Source: an uncultured delta proteobacterium
GTDB taxonomy: Bacteria > Desulfobacterota > Zymogenia > Zymogenales > Zymogenaceae
NCBI GenBank assembly: GCA_963735595.1
Contig: CAVTLK010000005.1
Location: 1-64,000 of the forward strand
Length of the DNA stretch: 64,000 nucleotides
Direction of reading: 5' to 3'
Shown here: positions 18,241 to 27,796 of the stretch, piece by piece
Position numbering within the stretch: the stretch's first letter is position 1
Layout: every line of letters begins with the position of its first letter
Made by a program: the position numbers and the translations under genes
The notes under the pieces: generated by a model
What the model was told of the DNA's origin: nothing
Database searches by the model: none
What the model saw: the letters and a program-made list of their open reading frames with translations, nothing else

Positions 18241-19596
18241 ATGAGTGGAGTGTCACGAACGGACAGGCTGGGCCTGTCGACCAAGATCTTCTACCTGTTC
18301 GGCGATATCGGCATCTCGACCTGCCTTTCCACCGTTGCCTTTTTTCTCCTCTTCTTCTATGCGGACGTTGCCAAGGTGGACCCCGCCCTGGTGGGGACGG
18401 CGCTTCTGGTGAGTAAGCTCTGGGACGCGGTGAGCGATCCGCTGGCCGGGTGGCTGTCGGACCGGACGAAGTCGCGCTTCGGCAGGAGAAAGGTATACCT
18501 CTATTTCGGGGCGATCCCGCTGGGTATCTCGTTTGCCCTCCTCTGGAATTACCCCACAGGCCTGACCTATACGCTGACGATCGCGTGGCTCATGGCGACC
18601 TTTCTCCTCTACTACACCTTTGTCACCATCACGTCCATGCCCTACTACGCCATGACCCCGGAGCTTACCCGGGACTACGACGAGCGGACGAACCTGACGA
18701 CGTTCCGCATGATCGGGGGGACGATCGGCTACATGGCCGGGGCGGCCTTCCCCCCGTTCATCGCGGGACTGTTTCTCACCGACAAGATCGGGTGGTCGAT
18801 GATGGGGATTATGTTCGGCGCCTTTGCGGCGCTGTGCCTGTTTATCACGGCCTTCGGGGTCAAGCAGAGAAAGGAGCTGGAGGGGCCGCCCTCGAAGCTG
18901 CCCGCCCTCGCGTCCATCCTCACCTGTTTTAAAAACAGACCCTTCAACTTCCTGATAATCCAGGGCCTCTTTACCGGATTCGCCTTCATGCTGGTCATGT
19001 CGTACATGGCCTTTTTCCTGACCTATCAGCTGGACATGAAAGATAAAATCCCCATTGTCATGACGCTGCTGCTGGTTACCATCGGGGTCTTTCTCTTTTT
19101 CTGGAAATGGGTGACGGATAAGTGGGCCAAGGGCCCCACGTACGCCCTGGGCCTTTTTATCGCCTTCGGCGCAACGGCCCTCTCGTTTTTCCTCCCCCGG
19201 GGGGGGAGCAATTGGATCTACCTGATCGTCTTTGTGGCGGGGTTCGGCTTCTCGGCCCAGTGGGTGCTGCCCTGGTCGCTTATCCCGGACGTGGTGGAGC
19301 ACGACGAGCTGATGACCGGCGAGCGGAGGGAGGGAGTCTATTACGGGGTGAGAGGATTGATGGGCAAGGTGTCGGACGCGCTCGGGCTCTTCGTGGGGGG
19401 GTGGGCCCTCAAGCTCTTCGAGTTTGTCCCGAATGTCCCGCAGTCAGACGAGACGCTCTTGGGCATCCGCCTCTTCTTCGGGCCGATCCCCGCGCTGGTG
19501 ACGTTTCTGAGCCTTCCCCTGCTTATCTGGTTTCCGATAACGAGAAAGAGCCACGCGGAGACGCTCGAAAAGCTCTCCGGGAAACGAAAGGATTAG
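18241..19596 (+). CDS. GPH-family (MelB-like) MFS transporter
   Basis: WDAVSDPLAGWLSDRTKSRFGRR, TGERREGVYYG. Confidence 0.9.
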   Translation: MSGVSRTDRLGLSTKIFYLFGDIGISTCLSTVAFFLLFFYADVAKVDPALVGTALLVSKLWDAVSDPLAGWLSDRTKSRFGRRKVYLYFGAIPLGISFALLWNYPTGLTYTLTIAWLMATFLLYYTFVTITSMPYYAMTPELTRDYDERTNLTTFRMIGGTIGYMAGAAFPPFIAGLFLTDKIGWSMMGIMFGAFAALCLFITAFGVKQRKELEGPPSKLPALASILTCFKNRPFNFLIIQGLFTGFAFMLVMSYMAFFLTYQLDMKDKIPIVMTLLLVTIGVFLFFWKWVTDKWAKGPTYALGLFIAFGATALSFFLPRGGSNWIYLIVFVAGFGFSAQWVLPWSLIPDVVEHDELMTGERREGVYYGVRGLMGKVSDALGLFVGGWALKLFEFVPNVPQSDETLLGIRLFFGPIPALVTFLSLPLLIWFPITRKSHAETLEKLSGKRKD

Positions 19597-19621
19597 CGGC
19601 GGAGCGTTCTGTACCCGAACT

Positions 19622-19655
19622 AAAAAGGGCTTACGGGTTTTCCCGTAAGCCCTTC
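19622..19655. terminator. Intrinsic terminator
   Basis: AAGGGCTTACGGG-tttt-CCCGTAAGCCCTT, perfect 13-bp stem. Confidence 0.8.
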
Positions 19656-19894
19656 GACTATTGAGAAAGTCCTCGTTTCTTTTTTGACGGCTAATAGGTG
19701 CGCGGGCCGCACGGGACCCGGATACGGACAGCGGAGTACCGGAAAAACTTATCTATCACAATTTACTTGATACTTTGTCATTCGTATCATAATATCCGAT
19801 AAAAAGAACCGTATTCATCCGAATAGTCGGTTCGTTCTGACGTGCACGCTCATAAGCATTTTAGCCCTTACGTATATTACTTTGAGGATTTGTC

Positions 19895-20701
19895 GTGAAC
19901 AAGAGACTCTCACTAGCGTACGTCCTTTCTGCTTTTAATGTAATCTTGATTGCCGTCTCGGTTGGTCTAAGCCTCTATACCTTTATCTTCCTTCCTATCT
20001 TTTTCATCGCCTTGTTTTTCACAATCAGGGGAAACCTGAGGGGGTGGTTCGTATGGGTTGGATGTATCTGTTCCCTCATCTACTTTTCGTCACAAAATAT
20101 AAGTAGCATAAACAGCATGTTACGGTTCCATTTTATTTATAATCCTTTTGTTTCACTCGCTATTTTCATAAGTTCGGTTATAGCCCTTTTCATTATTCTG
20201 ATGACTTCAAACACGAAGCAAATAACCTCACCCTTGATCGATAGGATGCCAAAAAAGACTACCCTCTTACTTTTATTATGGCTGTTCTTATCTCCCTTGC
20301 GGAAAGCGATAGTCGATATATATGGATTTAGTTTTGATAATAACGAAGATCTAACAATACTCTTCTATACTTCCATAATACGCGGTTTCTTTATCATATT
20401 GCATATAGGTATGGTCATGTCAGCCGCTTTTCTAATCATACGCAGGAGTTACCTTGGTTACTTCCTATCTTTTCTTATCCTTATTTCTATTTCCTTCAAT
20501 TGGCTATGTAACACCTATGTTTCTGACCCTCGCCTACTCTTTTTCGGTTTCGAGTTGGCTGGAAAAGCTATCCTCACCAAACAAATGACTACTGACGCAA
20601 TGTTATCACTTATCTCTAATGTATTTTATATATCATGTTTCCTACTAGTATTTGTAACGATATTTAGAATCAGAGAAAAGTGGAAAAGCGCACCTGAGTA
20701 G
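19895..20701 (+). CDS. AT-rich hypothetical multi-pass membrane protein
   Basis: 268-aa open frame in markedly AT-rich DNA; about 7-8 hydrophobic segments; GAGG SD. Confidence 0.65.
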   Translation: MNKRLSLAYVLSAFNVILIAVSVGLSLYTFIFLPIFFIALFFTIRGNLRGWFVWVGCICSLIYFSSQNISSINSMLRFHFIYNPFVSLAIFISSVIALFIILMTSNTKQITSPLIDRMPKKTTLLLLLWLFLSPLRKAIVDIYGFSFDNNEDLTILFYTSIIRGFFIILHIGMVMSAAFLIIRRSYLGYFLSFLILISISFNWLCNTYVSDPRLLFFGFELAGKAILTKQMTTDAMLSLISNVFYISCFLLVFVTIFRIREKWKSAPE

Positions 20702-20829
20702 GCTGACAATCCCTATCATGATACGTATCGCGGAGATTATCTAGGGAAGTAAAACACCCTTGTTACTCATTTTATAGTCGTAAGCGGTTAGGTCTTTTGT
20801 TGACACGTTCTCTCGCCACACTATGATGC

Positions 20830-20997
20830 GATTGCCGCGTCGGCCCGCTTGGGGCCTCCTCGCAATGACGGGGGTGATCCCGGAGACAGTTGAGTTGCTA
20901 CGGTGCGATGGGTTGCACCGGCGAAGCGAAGCTTGCCGGTGTCCCTCCCCCACGGGCAACCTGGGTTGCCACGCCCGCTCCGCGGGCTCGCAATGAC
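20830..20997. repeat. Two REP-like palindromic repeats (G.TTGCC.CG...hairpin...CTCGCAATGAC) around a third hairpin
   Basis: Copies at 20830-20869 and 20963-20997; CACCGGCGA..TTGCCGGTG hairpin between them. Confidence 0.7.
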
Positions 20998-21068
20998 AAT
21001 AGTAATCGTCGCCTGTGGCGACATCGTTATGCGTTGCCCGTGCCACCCACCGTAAAGTATCAAACAAT

Positions 21069-21100
21069 AAGGGCCCGCGGGGATAATCCGCGGACCCTTC
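21069..21100 (-). terminator. Terminator after the GPH transporter
   Basis: AAGGGCCCGCGG...CCGCGGACCCTT stem, T-rich tail on the minus strand. Confidence 0.6.
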
Positions 21101-21123
21101 AATTTTCTATACGTGATCTGCAG

Positions 21124-22488
21124 CTATGACGCGCGGGCGGCCTTTTTGCGGGAGAGCTCCCTGACGATCTCCTCGTGCCTGGCCTGGCTGATCGGATAGA
21201 AACTGATGACAATAATGCCGGCCACGATCAATCCGATCGGGACGAAGCTCATCATCATCCGGATACCGTCCAGCACCTCCGGCCGCTGGGCCTTATTCGC
21301 CACAAACCCGACGATCCCCAGACCCTGTCCGGCGATAAACCCCGCCAGGGCTGAGGCGAGCTTCTGGCCGAAGAACGACGTCCCGTAAAGGATTCCCTCG
21401 CGCCTGAGTCCCGTCTTCAGCTCGCCGTACTCGACGGTGTCCGGGACCATCGCCCAGGGACTCAGGAAATTGGTCGATATCCCGATACCGGCAAGGCAGA
21501 GCGCGACGACCAGGAGCACCGGGTCAAATTCCCTGACGAAATAGACGATGACGAGCGCCACGGCCAGAAGGCCCATGCCCATGTTGTAGGCCGCCTTCTT
21601 GCTCAGCCGCTTGGAGACCGCCACCCACAGCGGCAGGGCCAGCGCCGCAGGCACAAAGATGCACAGGAACGCGATCGGTATAAAGGACTCCTTATTCATG
21701 TTGTATTTGAAGAAGTAATTGACCATCGCGGCCACGATCCCCAGGGCGGCCAGGTGCAGTATCGTCCCCAGAGAGACGATCAGGAACGGGCCGTTGCCGA
21801 AGATCGTCCTGAGGATATCGGCCGGCCGGTAGTGCCCGGTATCCGATTCCTCGACCACCTCCCGCACGGAAAAGAAGGTCACGAAGGTGACCGCTACCGC
21901 GATGACCCCGAATATGGCGGCCGCCATCCGGAAACCGATTGTCTGGTTCGGAAACAATCCGACCAGCGGCATTATCCCTCCGGCGACGACGAGCGCCCCC
22001 ATGAGCGCGAAAAACGTCCGAACCCCGGAGAGCTTGGAGCGCTCGTGGGAATCGATCGTCATGGAGGCCGCCAGCGCCCCGTAGGGGACGTTCACGACAG
22101 CGTAGAAGGTGCAGAACAAGAGAAACATGATCATCCCGTAGTAGGGCTTGAACGCCGGCGCCATGGGCGGGGAGGCGAACAGGAGAAAGAAGAAGATACC
22201 GAGCGGGACAGCCCCGAACAGGAGGTAGGGACGCTTCTTGCCCCACCGGGTGCGGGTCCGGTCGGAGAGATACCCCACGACGGGGTCGCTGACGGCGTCC
22301 CATACCTTTGCCACCAGGAAGATCGTCCCGGCGGTGGCGGCGGCGATACCGAACACGTCCGTAAAATAGAAGATCAGGAAGATCAGGGTCGACTGAAACA
22401 CCAGGTTGGCGCCGAAATCGCCGACGCCGAACCCGAGCCTCGTCCTCATCGTAAGACGACCGTCCGTGGAGATTTCCGTCTTCTTCAT
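21124..22488 (-). CDS. GPH-family MFS transporter
   Basis: GFGVGDFGAN, WDAVSDP.VGYLSDRTRTRWGK.RP, DTVEYGELKTGLRREG. Confidence 0.9.
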   Translation of the reverse strand: MKKTEISTDGRLTMRTRLGFGVGDFGANLVFQSTLIFLIFYFTDVFGIAAATAGTIFLVAKVWDAVSDPVVGYLSDRTRTRWGKKRPYLLFGAVPLGIFFFLLFASPPMAPAFKPYYGMIMFLLFCTFYAVVNVPYGALAASMTIDSHERSKLSGVRTFFALMGALVVAGGIMPLVGLFPNQTIGFRMAAAIFGVIAVAVTFVTFFSVREVVEESDTGHYRPADILRTIFGNGPFLIVSLGTILHLAALGIVAAMVNYFFKYNMNKESFIPIAFLCIFVPAALALPLWVAVSKRLSKKAAYNMGMGLLAVALVIVYFVREFDPVLLVVALCLAGIGISTNFLSPWAMVPDTVEYGELKTGLRREGILYGTSFFGQKLASALAGFIAGQGLGIVGFVANKAQRPEVLDGIRMMMSFVPIGLIVAGIIVISFYPISQARHEEIVRELSRKKAARAS

Positions 22489-22580
22489 ACGGTATACCCT
22501 CACAACATTTCAAGTTAATCACAAAGGTGTAAATCCCGAACAGGAACGGCCGCGGAGCCGCCGCCCGCACGGCCGGTATT

Positions 22581-23648
22581 CTACCGCTTGATCCTTCCGG
22601 CCGCATCGCCCCCCATGAGGGCCGTGATCTCGTCCAGGCCGCACCGGTTCCAGTCTCCCGGGATGGAGTGGGCAAGGCACGAGGCGGCCGCGGCGAATTC
22701 GAGGGCCTCGGTGAGGCCCGAGAGGTGGCACAGTCCGTAGATGAGGCCGGCGGCAAACGCGTCTCCCCCGCCCACCCGATCGACGATGTGGGTGATGTCG
22801 TATTTCCTTGAAAAGACGACTTTTTTTCCGTCAGACGCGACCGCGCCCCAGCGGTTGGCCGAGGCGGACAGGCTCTCCCTGAGGGTAATTGCGACAACGC
22901 CCGCACTGGGATACCGCTTCAGGACCTCCCCGGTGAGCTTCCGGTAGCCCTCCTGGTCGATGATGCCTTTGCCCGGGTCGTACTCGATCCCGATGCCGAG
23001 CGCCTTCTGGCAGTCTTCCTCGTTTGCGATGATCACGTCCGCGTACGCGGCAAGCTCTCCCATAACCTCGGGGGCGGCCTTTCCCCATTTCCAGAGATTG
23101 GACCGATAATTGAGGTCAATCGAGATGACCAGCCCCTGCTCCTTAGCCGCCTGAAGAGCGGTCAGCGACTCGTCAGCGGCGTTTACCGACAGCGCCGGGG
23201 TGATGCCGGTGATATGAAACCACCCGCAGCCGGTAAACATTTTACCCCAGTCGATTGCGCCCGGCGCGATCGTTGAGACGGCAGACGGTATCCGATCGTA
23301 GATCACGCGGGACGGGCGCTGGTTTGCCCCCTTTTCGAGGAAATAGATGCCCATGCGGGAACCGGGGACGAGTAAAATATTGTCGGTGTCCACGCCGAAG
23401 CCGCGCAGCCGGCGGATTGCGTCCGCGGCGATGTCGTTCTTGGGAAGGGCGGTGAGGAAGCGCGTCCTTTTGTCCAGGCACGCCAGGCTCACCAGGACGT
23501 TAGCCTCTCCGCCGCCGAAGGTTGCCTCAAGCGCCGGTGATTGAAGCAGCCGTTCATAGCCCGGCGCGGCCAGCCTGAGCATGATCTCTCCGAAGGCGGC
23601 GAATATTTTATCCTTCGCACCGGACGTTACTATCTTTTCGGTCGTCAT
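22581..23648 (-). CDS. kdgK: 2-keto-3-deoxygluconate kinase (PfkB family)
   Basis: FGEIMLRL, GGGEANV, HITGITPALS, DLNYRSNLW, DRVGGGDAFAAGLIYG. Confidence 0.88.
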   Translation of the reverse strand: MTTEKIVTSGAKDKIFAAFGEIMLRLAAPGYERLLQSPALEATFGGGEANVLVSLACLDKRTRFLTALPKNDIAADAIRRLRGFGVDTDNILLVPGSRMGIYFLEKGANQRPSRVIYDRIPSAVSTIAPGAIDWGKMFTGCGWFHITGITPALSVNAADESLTALQAAKEQGLVISIDLNYRSNLWKWGKAAPEVMGELAAYADVIIANEEDCQKALGIGIEYDPGKGIIDQEGYRKLTGEVLKRYPSAGVVAITLRESLSASANRWGAVASDGKKVVFSRKYDITHIVDRVGGGDAFAAGLIYGLCHLSGLTEALEFAAAASCLAHSIPGDWNRCGLDEITALMGGDAAGRIKR

Positions 23649-23663
23649 ACTACCACCGGGTCC

Positions 23664-24341
23664 TTAACTATTTATCCTGATCTTCGCGATTAGCCCGACG
23701 GTCTCGCGTATCTTCTTCGTGAGCCCGGCAAAATCGCCCCGCTCGATCATGTCGGCGTCGATGAGGCGGGCCCCCATGCCCACGCAGGCCACCCCTGCCG
23801 TAAACCAGGCGGTTAGCGACGCCTCGGTCGGCTCCACACCGCCGGTGGGCATGATCTCGGCAAACGGCATGGGCCCTAGCACCGCCTTGACGAAGGCGGG
23901 TCCCCCGACCTGGCCTCCCGGGAAGACCTTCACTATCTCCACACCCAGCCGGTGGGCCCGGTGGATCTCGGTGACGCTCCCGCAGCCGGGGCAGTAGGGG
24001 ATCTTGCGCGTATTGCAGACCAGCGCCGTATCCTCGTCGAGGACCGGCCCAACCACGAAGTCCGCCCCGCTGTTGATGAAGAGGGCGGCAGTCGGGGCGT
24101 CGATGATCGATCCCACCCCCAGGAACACGTCGGGCCGCTCGTTTCGGCGGTAGGCCTCTAATTCGGTGAAAACGCGGACGGCGCCGTCGCCCCGGTTGGT
24201 GAACTCGACGACGGACGCCCCGGCGTCGCTGCAGGCCGAGAGTATTTTTTTACCCACCGCGGCGTCCGGATGATAGAAGACAGCCACCACGCCGATGCGC
24301 TTCATCGCCGAAAGGGTATCAAGCCGAGAAAAGAGCGCCAT
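23664..24341 (-). CDS. eda: KDPG/KHG aldolase
   Basis: VEFTNR, PGCGSVTEI, VKVFPG, MPTGGV. Confidence 0.9.
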   Translation of the reverse strand: MALFSRLDTLSAMKRIGVVAVFYHPDAAVGKKILSACSDAGASVVEFTNRGDGAVRVFTELEAYRRNERPDVFLGVGSIIDAPTAALFINSGADFVVGPVLDEDTALVCNTRKIPYCPGCGSVTEIHRAHRLGVEIVKVFPGGQVGGPAFVKAVLGPMPFAEIMPTGGVEPTEASLTAWFTAGVACVGMGARLIDADMIERGDFAGLTKKIRETVGLIAKIRINS

Positions 24342-24481
24342 GGGAACGTCCCCCACTTATGGATTTAAACTGAATGCCGGCATTATAGCACCCGGGTCAC
24401 GTTGGTACACTATTTTCTCGACCGCGGTGCGGCACCGTCCGCCGCTCCCGCGGACCGGCGGTCTATCCCGTCTGTCCGGTA

Positions 24482-25462
24482 TTACCTGCCCGCGACAGCC
24501 TCCGGGGCTACGCGTCCGTCCGAGAGGGCCTTCGTGAATATCTCGATTGTCTGCCTGACGCCGTCGGGCAGCGGCGTTATCGTAAGGCCGCCGAGCAGCG
24601 CGACCAGCGGCGCATTGTCGATCTCTTCGGGAAAGGGGAGCGGGTTCGTTTCATGGGTTATCTTCCCCCGAAGAGCGGGCACTACGGCCTCGATTTCCCT
24701 GACCACGTCCTCTATCCCCACGGTCTGGCCACCGAGGTTGAATACTTCGGCTCCCTCGATCTTTGCCCGCGCGGCGCCGATAAATGCCCGGGCCGTATCG
24801 TCGGCATACTGGAAGCCGAAGCGGCCCCCGTACGTGATGTGATAGGCGTTACCTGCCGCAGCCGCCAGCATCGCCTTCGTCGGTGTGGATGTCATCCCCT
24901 GATCCCTGCCGGGACCATAGACGACATAGGGCCGGATGCCGACGCTCGAGATGCCGTCGTCCCGCCAGTAGACGCGGGCCGTGGCCTCGTTTGCCTGTTT
25001 GTAGACGCCGTAGTGTGAGCGCGGGTCAAGCGGTGCGTCGTGTGTGAGCGGCCCGCCGGGGTAGCGGTCCCGCGGGCCGTAGACGGCGGTGCTGCTGGCG
25101 TAGACCACGTGGCGTATGCCGCCGCTCTTGGCCGCCTCGAATATATTCACCGTGCCCTGCACGTTCACGGCGGCCCCCAGGGGCGGGTCGGCCTTGCAAA
25201 ACGGCAGCTGCATGGCGGCAAGATGGACGATATGCGTGATGCCATGTTCCGCGACAGCGCTCCGGATTACCTCCAGATCGGTAATGTCGCCCTTGATGAA
25301 CCGGACACGGGAGATTTCGTCTTCTTCCATAATGAGCCGAAGGCGGTGCCGGTCATCTCCCCTCACCAGGACGCCTACATATACGCCGTCGCGGATGAGG
25401 TTTCTCACCGTCCACGCGCCGATGCACCCGGTTGCCCCTGTGACCAGAAACCGTTCTTCCAT
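24482..25462 (-). CDS. NAD-dependent epimerase/dehydratase (extended SDR)
   Basis: VTGATGCIG, HLAA, YGVYK, RPYVVYGPG. Confidence 0.88.
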   Translation of the reverse strand: MEERFLVTGATGCIGAWTVRNLIRDGVYVGVLVRGDDRHRLRLIMEEDEISRVRFIKGDITDLEVIRSAVAEHGITHIVHLAAMQLPFCKADPPLGAAVNVQGTVNIFEAAKSGGIRHVVYASSTAVYGPRDRYPGGPLTHDAPLDPRSHYGVYKQANEATARVYWRDDGISSVGIRPYVVYGPGRDQGMTSTPTKAMLAAAAGNAYHITYGGRFGFQYADDTARAFIGAARAKIEGAEVFNLGGQTVGIEDVVREIEAVVPALRGKITHETNPLPFPEEIDNAPLVALLGGLTITPLPDGVRQTIEIFTKALSDGRVAPEAVAGR

Positions 25463-25464
25463 GC

Positions 25465-26196
25465 CTATGACTCCTTTCTCTCGTCCTTCATATGTTTCAT
25501 GGCCTGCTCTATATGCGAAAGATGGTCAAGCATCGCGCCCCGGGCCGCCGCCGGGTCGCGCGATTTCAGCGCCTGGACGATGGCGCGGTGGTCCTCGACC
25601 GTCTGCCGCCTGACGTCGAGGCGTTCTCCCGTGCGTCTGCGGCTGTAGATACTCAGCTGGCTTATCGACCGCATGAAGAGCGATAGGATCGTGTTTCCCG
25701 TCGCCTCCAATATCTTCCGGTGGAGATCGAGGTCGATCTCGAGAAAGGCCTGGGGGTCGTCTATCACCGCCTGGGCGCCTTCAAGGCAGAGCTCGAGCTC
25801 GTCAACTATCTCGTCGGTGATGTCACGGGCGGCAAGGGCCGCCACGCCGGCCTCGAGGATCTTGCGTGCCTCAAACAACTCATTATAGGTTGTATCGTTG
25901 AGGGTAAAGATGATGTCAAGATGCTCGATGAGGCGCTCCGGCTCAAGGGAGGTGATATACGTCCCCGATCCCTGGCGGTTGTCGATGATGTTCATTATCT
26001 GGAGGGCCCTCAACGCCTCGCGCAGCGACGGGCGGCTCACCTTCATCATGGCGGCAAGCTCCCGCTCTGGCGGCAGCCGATCGCCCGGCCGCAGCTGCTT
26101 TTCCTTGATGAGGTTGAGCAGCGTATGGGCTATCCTCTCGGAAAGGATGTCCTTCCTGAGCTCTTCATAGGGGACATCGGCTATTTTCCTGGTCAC
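25465..26196 (-). CDS. GntR/FadR-family regulator
   Basis: LRPGDRLPPERELAAMMKVSRPSLREAL plus FCD domain; GTG start overlaps the SDR stop. Confidence 0.9.
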   Translation of the reverse strand: MTRKIADVPYEELRKDILSERIAHTLLNLIKEKQLRPGDRLPPERELAAMMKVSRPSLREALRALQIMNIIDNRQGSGTYITSLEPERLIEHLDIIFTLNDTTYNELFEARKILEAGVAALAARDITDEIVDELELCLEGAQAVIDDPQAFLEIDLDLHRKILEATGNTILSLFMRSISQLSIYSRRRTGERLDVRRQTVEDHRAIVQALKSRDPAAARGAMLDHLSHIEQAMKHMKDERKES

Positions 26197-26966
26197 TTTG
26201 CCACCCATCCGCAGTCCACCAGGAGGTCCGTGCCGGTGATGAAGGACGCCGTATCGCCGGCCAGGAAATATATCGACTCGGCGATCTCGGACGGGTCGGC
26301 CCAGCGCCTGAACGCCTGCTCGGCCTCCCTGATCCGTTTCACCTCGTCGTAGGGCTTGCCGGTCTTTTCGGACTCGATCTGGATGTCGCCCCTCAGCATG
26401 GGGGTATCGACGGAGCCGGGGCTGACCGAATTGACGCGGATACCGTACGGTGCCAGCTCCCAGGCCAGCGCCCGTGTGAGCGCGATAACGGCGCCCTTGG
26501 TCGCGCCGTAGAGCGAGTGATCGACCTGCCCGACGTGGCCCGATACCGACCCCATGTTCACGATCGCCCCGGACTTTTGCCCCTTCATGACGGGGATGAC
26601 GTGCTTGCAGAACAGGAATATCCCGCCCAGGTTCACGTCCACGACACGCCGGTACTGGTCCCACTCGATCTCGTCCAGCGGGCGAACTAAAACGATCCCC
26701 GCGTTGTTGTTGAGCACGTCGATTCGGCCGTGTTTTTTCACCGTCTTCTCGACCGCCGCGATCACGTCATTTTCGGCGGAAACGTCTCCGACAATAAAGT
26801 CGCACACGCCGCCGTCCGATACTATCTCCTTGGCGACCGCGTCACCGCGGTCGGCGGTATCGACCATGACGACGGCGTACCCCCGTTTTGCGAAGAGCCG
26901 TGATGTCGCCTCGCCTATCCCGTTGGCGGCGCCCGTTATCAGGGCTATTTTTTTCGATACGGTCAT
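26193..26966 (-). CDS. SDR family oxidoreductase
   Basis: TGAANGIG, NNAG, YGATK, RVNSVSPG. Confidence 0.9.
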   Translation of the reverse strand: MTVSKKIALITGAANGIGEATSRLFAKRGYAVVMVDTADRGDAVAKEIVSDGGVCDFIVGDVSAENDVIAAVEKTVKKHGRIDVLNNNAGIVLVRPLDEIEWDQYRRVVDVNLGGIFLFCKHVIPVMKGQKSGAIVNMGSVSGHVGQVDHSLYGATKGAVIALTRALAWELAPYGIRVNSVSPGSVDTPMLRGDIQIESEKTGKPYDEVKRIREAEQAFRRWADPSEIAESIYFLAGDTASFITGTDLLVDCGWVAK

Positions 26967-26970
26967 AATC

Positions 26971-27759
26971 TTAACTCCTGTCAAGTCCAAGAATACGCCG
27001 CGCCTCTTCCACGGACGCTACGGGCCTGCCGAGCGACCGGGAGATCGAGGCTATCTCCTCCACCAGCTCGTAGGTCTCAGCCAGGCGGCCGGAACGCGTA
27101 AAAGGGTAGTCCTCGGTGCCCACGCGCACGTGGTCGCCTTCCATGACGGCGGCGACCAGTATTCTCATCTGGTCCTCGTGCATGATGCTCACGGTCGCGG
27201 CCGAGCCCGGCGGAAGGAGTTTCCGCCGGTAGAGGTATTCCTCGACGGTCGGCGGCGACCAGGTGCCCCCCGGCCAGCCGAAGAAGAGCGTCGTGATGTA
27301 GGGCGGCTTGAGCAGTTTCTTACCGATGAGGTAGTTCAGGTTCCAGACCGATCCCGCGTGCCATACCTCGAATTCGGGGGCGACGTGGTATTGGGCGCAG
27401 AGCCGCGCGTATTGTTCGAGCTCTTCTTTCGAGTGGAGCTTCAGGCAGTCGAGCTCTTTGAAGGCCTCGTCGTGGTGGTTCAGTATGATCGAGATCATGT
27501 CCGACTTTTCCCTGAATGCGTCCATGCGCTCCTCGATCTCAAGGCTTGACATCCCGCTCTGCACGATAATATCCGTCGCGGCGCGGACTGCGCGGATGAC
27601 CTCGACCCATTGGCCTTCGGCGTGCGTGTGCAGGACCGACGCCCCGGCCCTTTGGCAACGTACGGCCTCGTCCGCGATGGCCTCGGGCGTCTTCGGGAAC
27701 TGCACCTCCGGCTTCAGCCAGCAGGTATTGGGCGTCGCAACGATTATGAGAGGGTCCAT
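26971..27759 (-). CDS. Beta-keto acid cleavage enzyme (BKACE/DUF849, Kce-like)
   Basis: PKTPEAIADEA..C..AGASVLHTH, PEFEVW, GDHVRVGTED, GRPVAS.EEAR. Confidence 0.85.
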   Translation of the reverse strand: MDPLIIVATPNTCWLKPEVQFPKTPEAIADEAVRCQRAGASVLHTHAEGQWVEVIRAVRAATDIIVQSGMSSLEIEERMDAFREKSDMISIILNHHDEAFKELDCLKLHSKEELEQYARLCAQYHVAPEFEVWHAGSVWNLNYLIGKKLLKPPYITTLFFGWPGGTWSPPTVEEYLYRRKLLPPGSAATVSIMHEDQMRILVAAVMEGDHVRVGTEDYPFTRSGRLAETYELVEEIASISRSLGRPVASVEEARRILGLDRS

Positions 27760-27796
27760 GATACGTCTCCCGTATATACTGTTCACGATCCGCGGC

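Noticed and set aside
20741..21129. Short ORFs over the REP-like region
   Set aside because: They are translations of palindromic repeats with no coding signature
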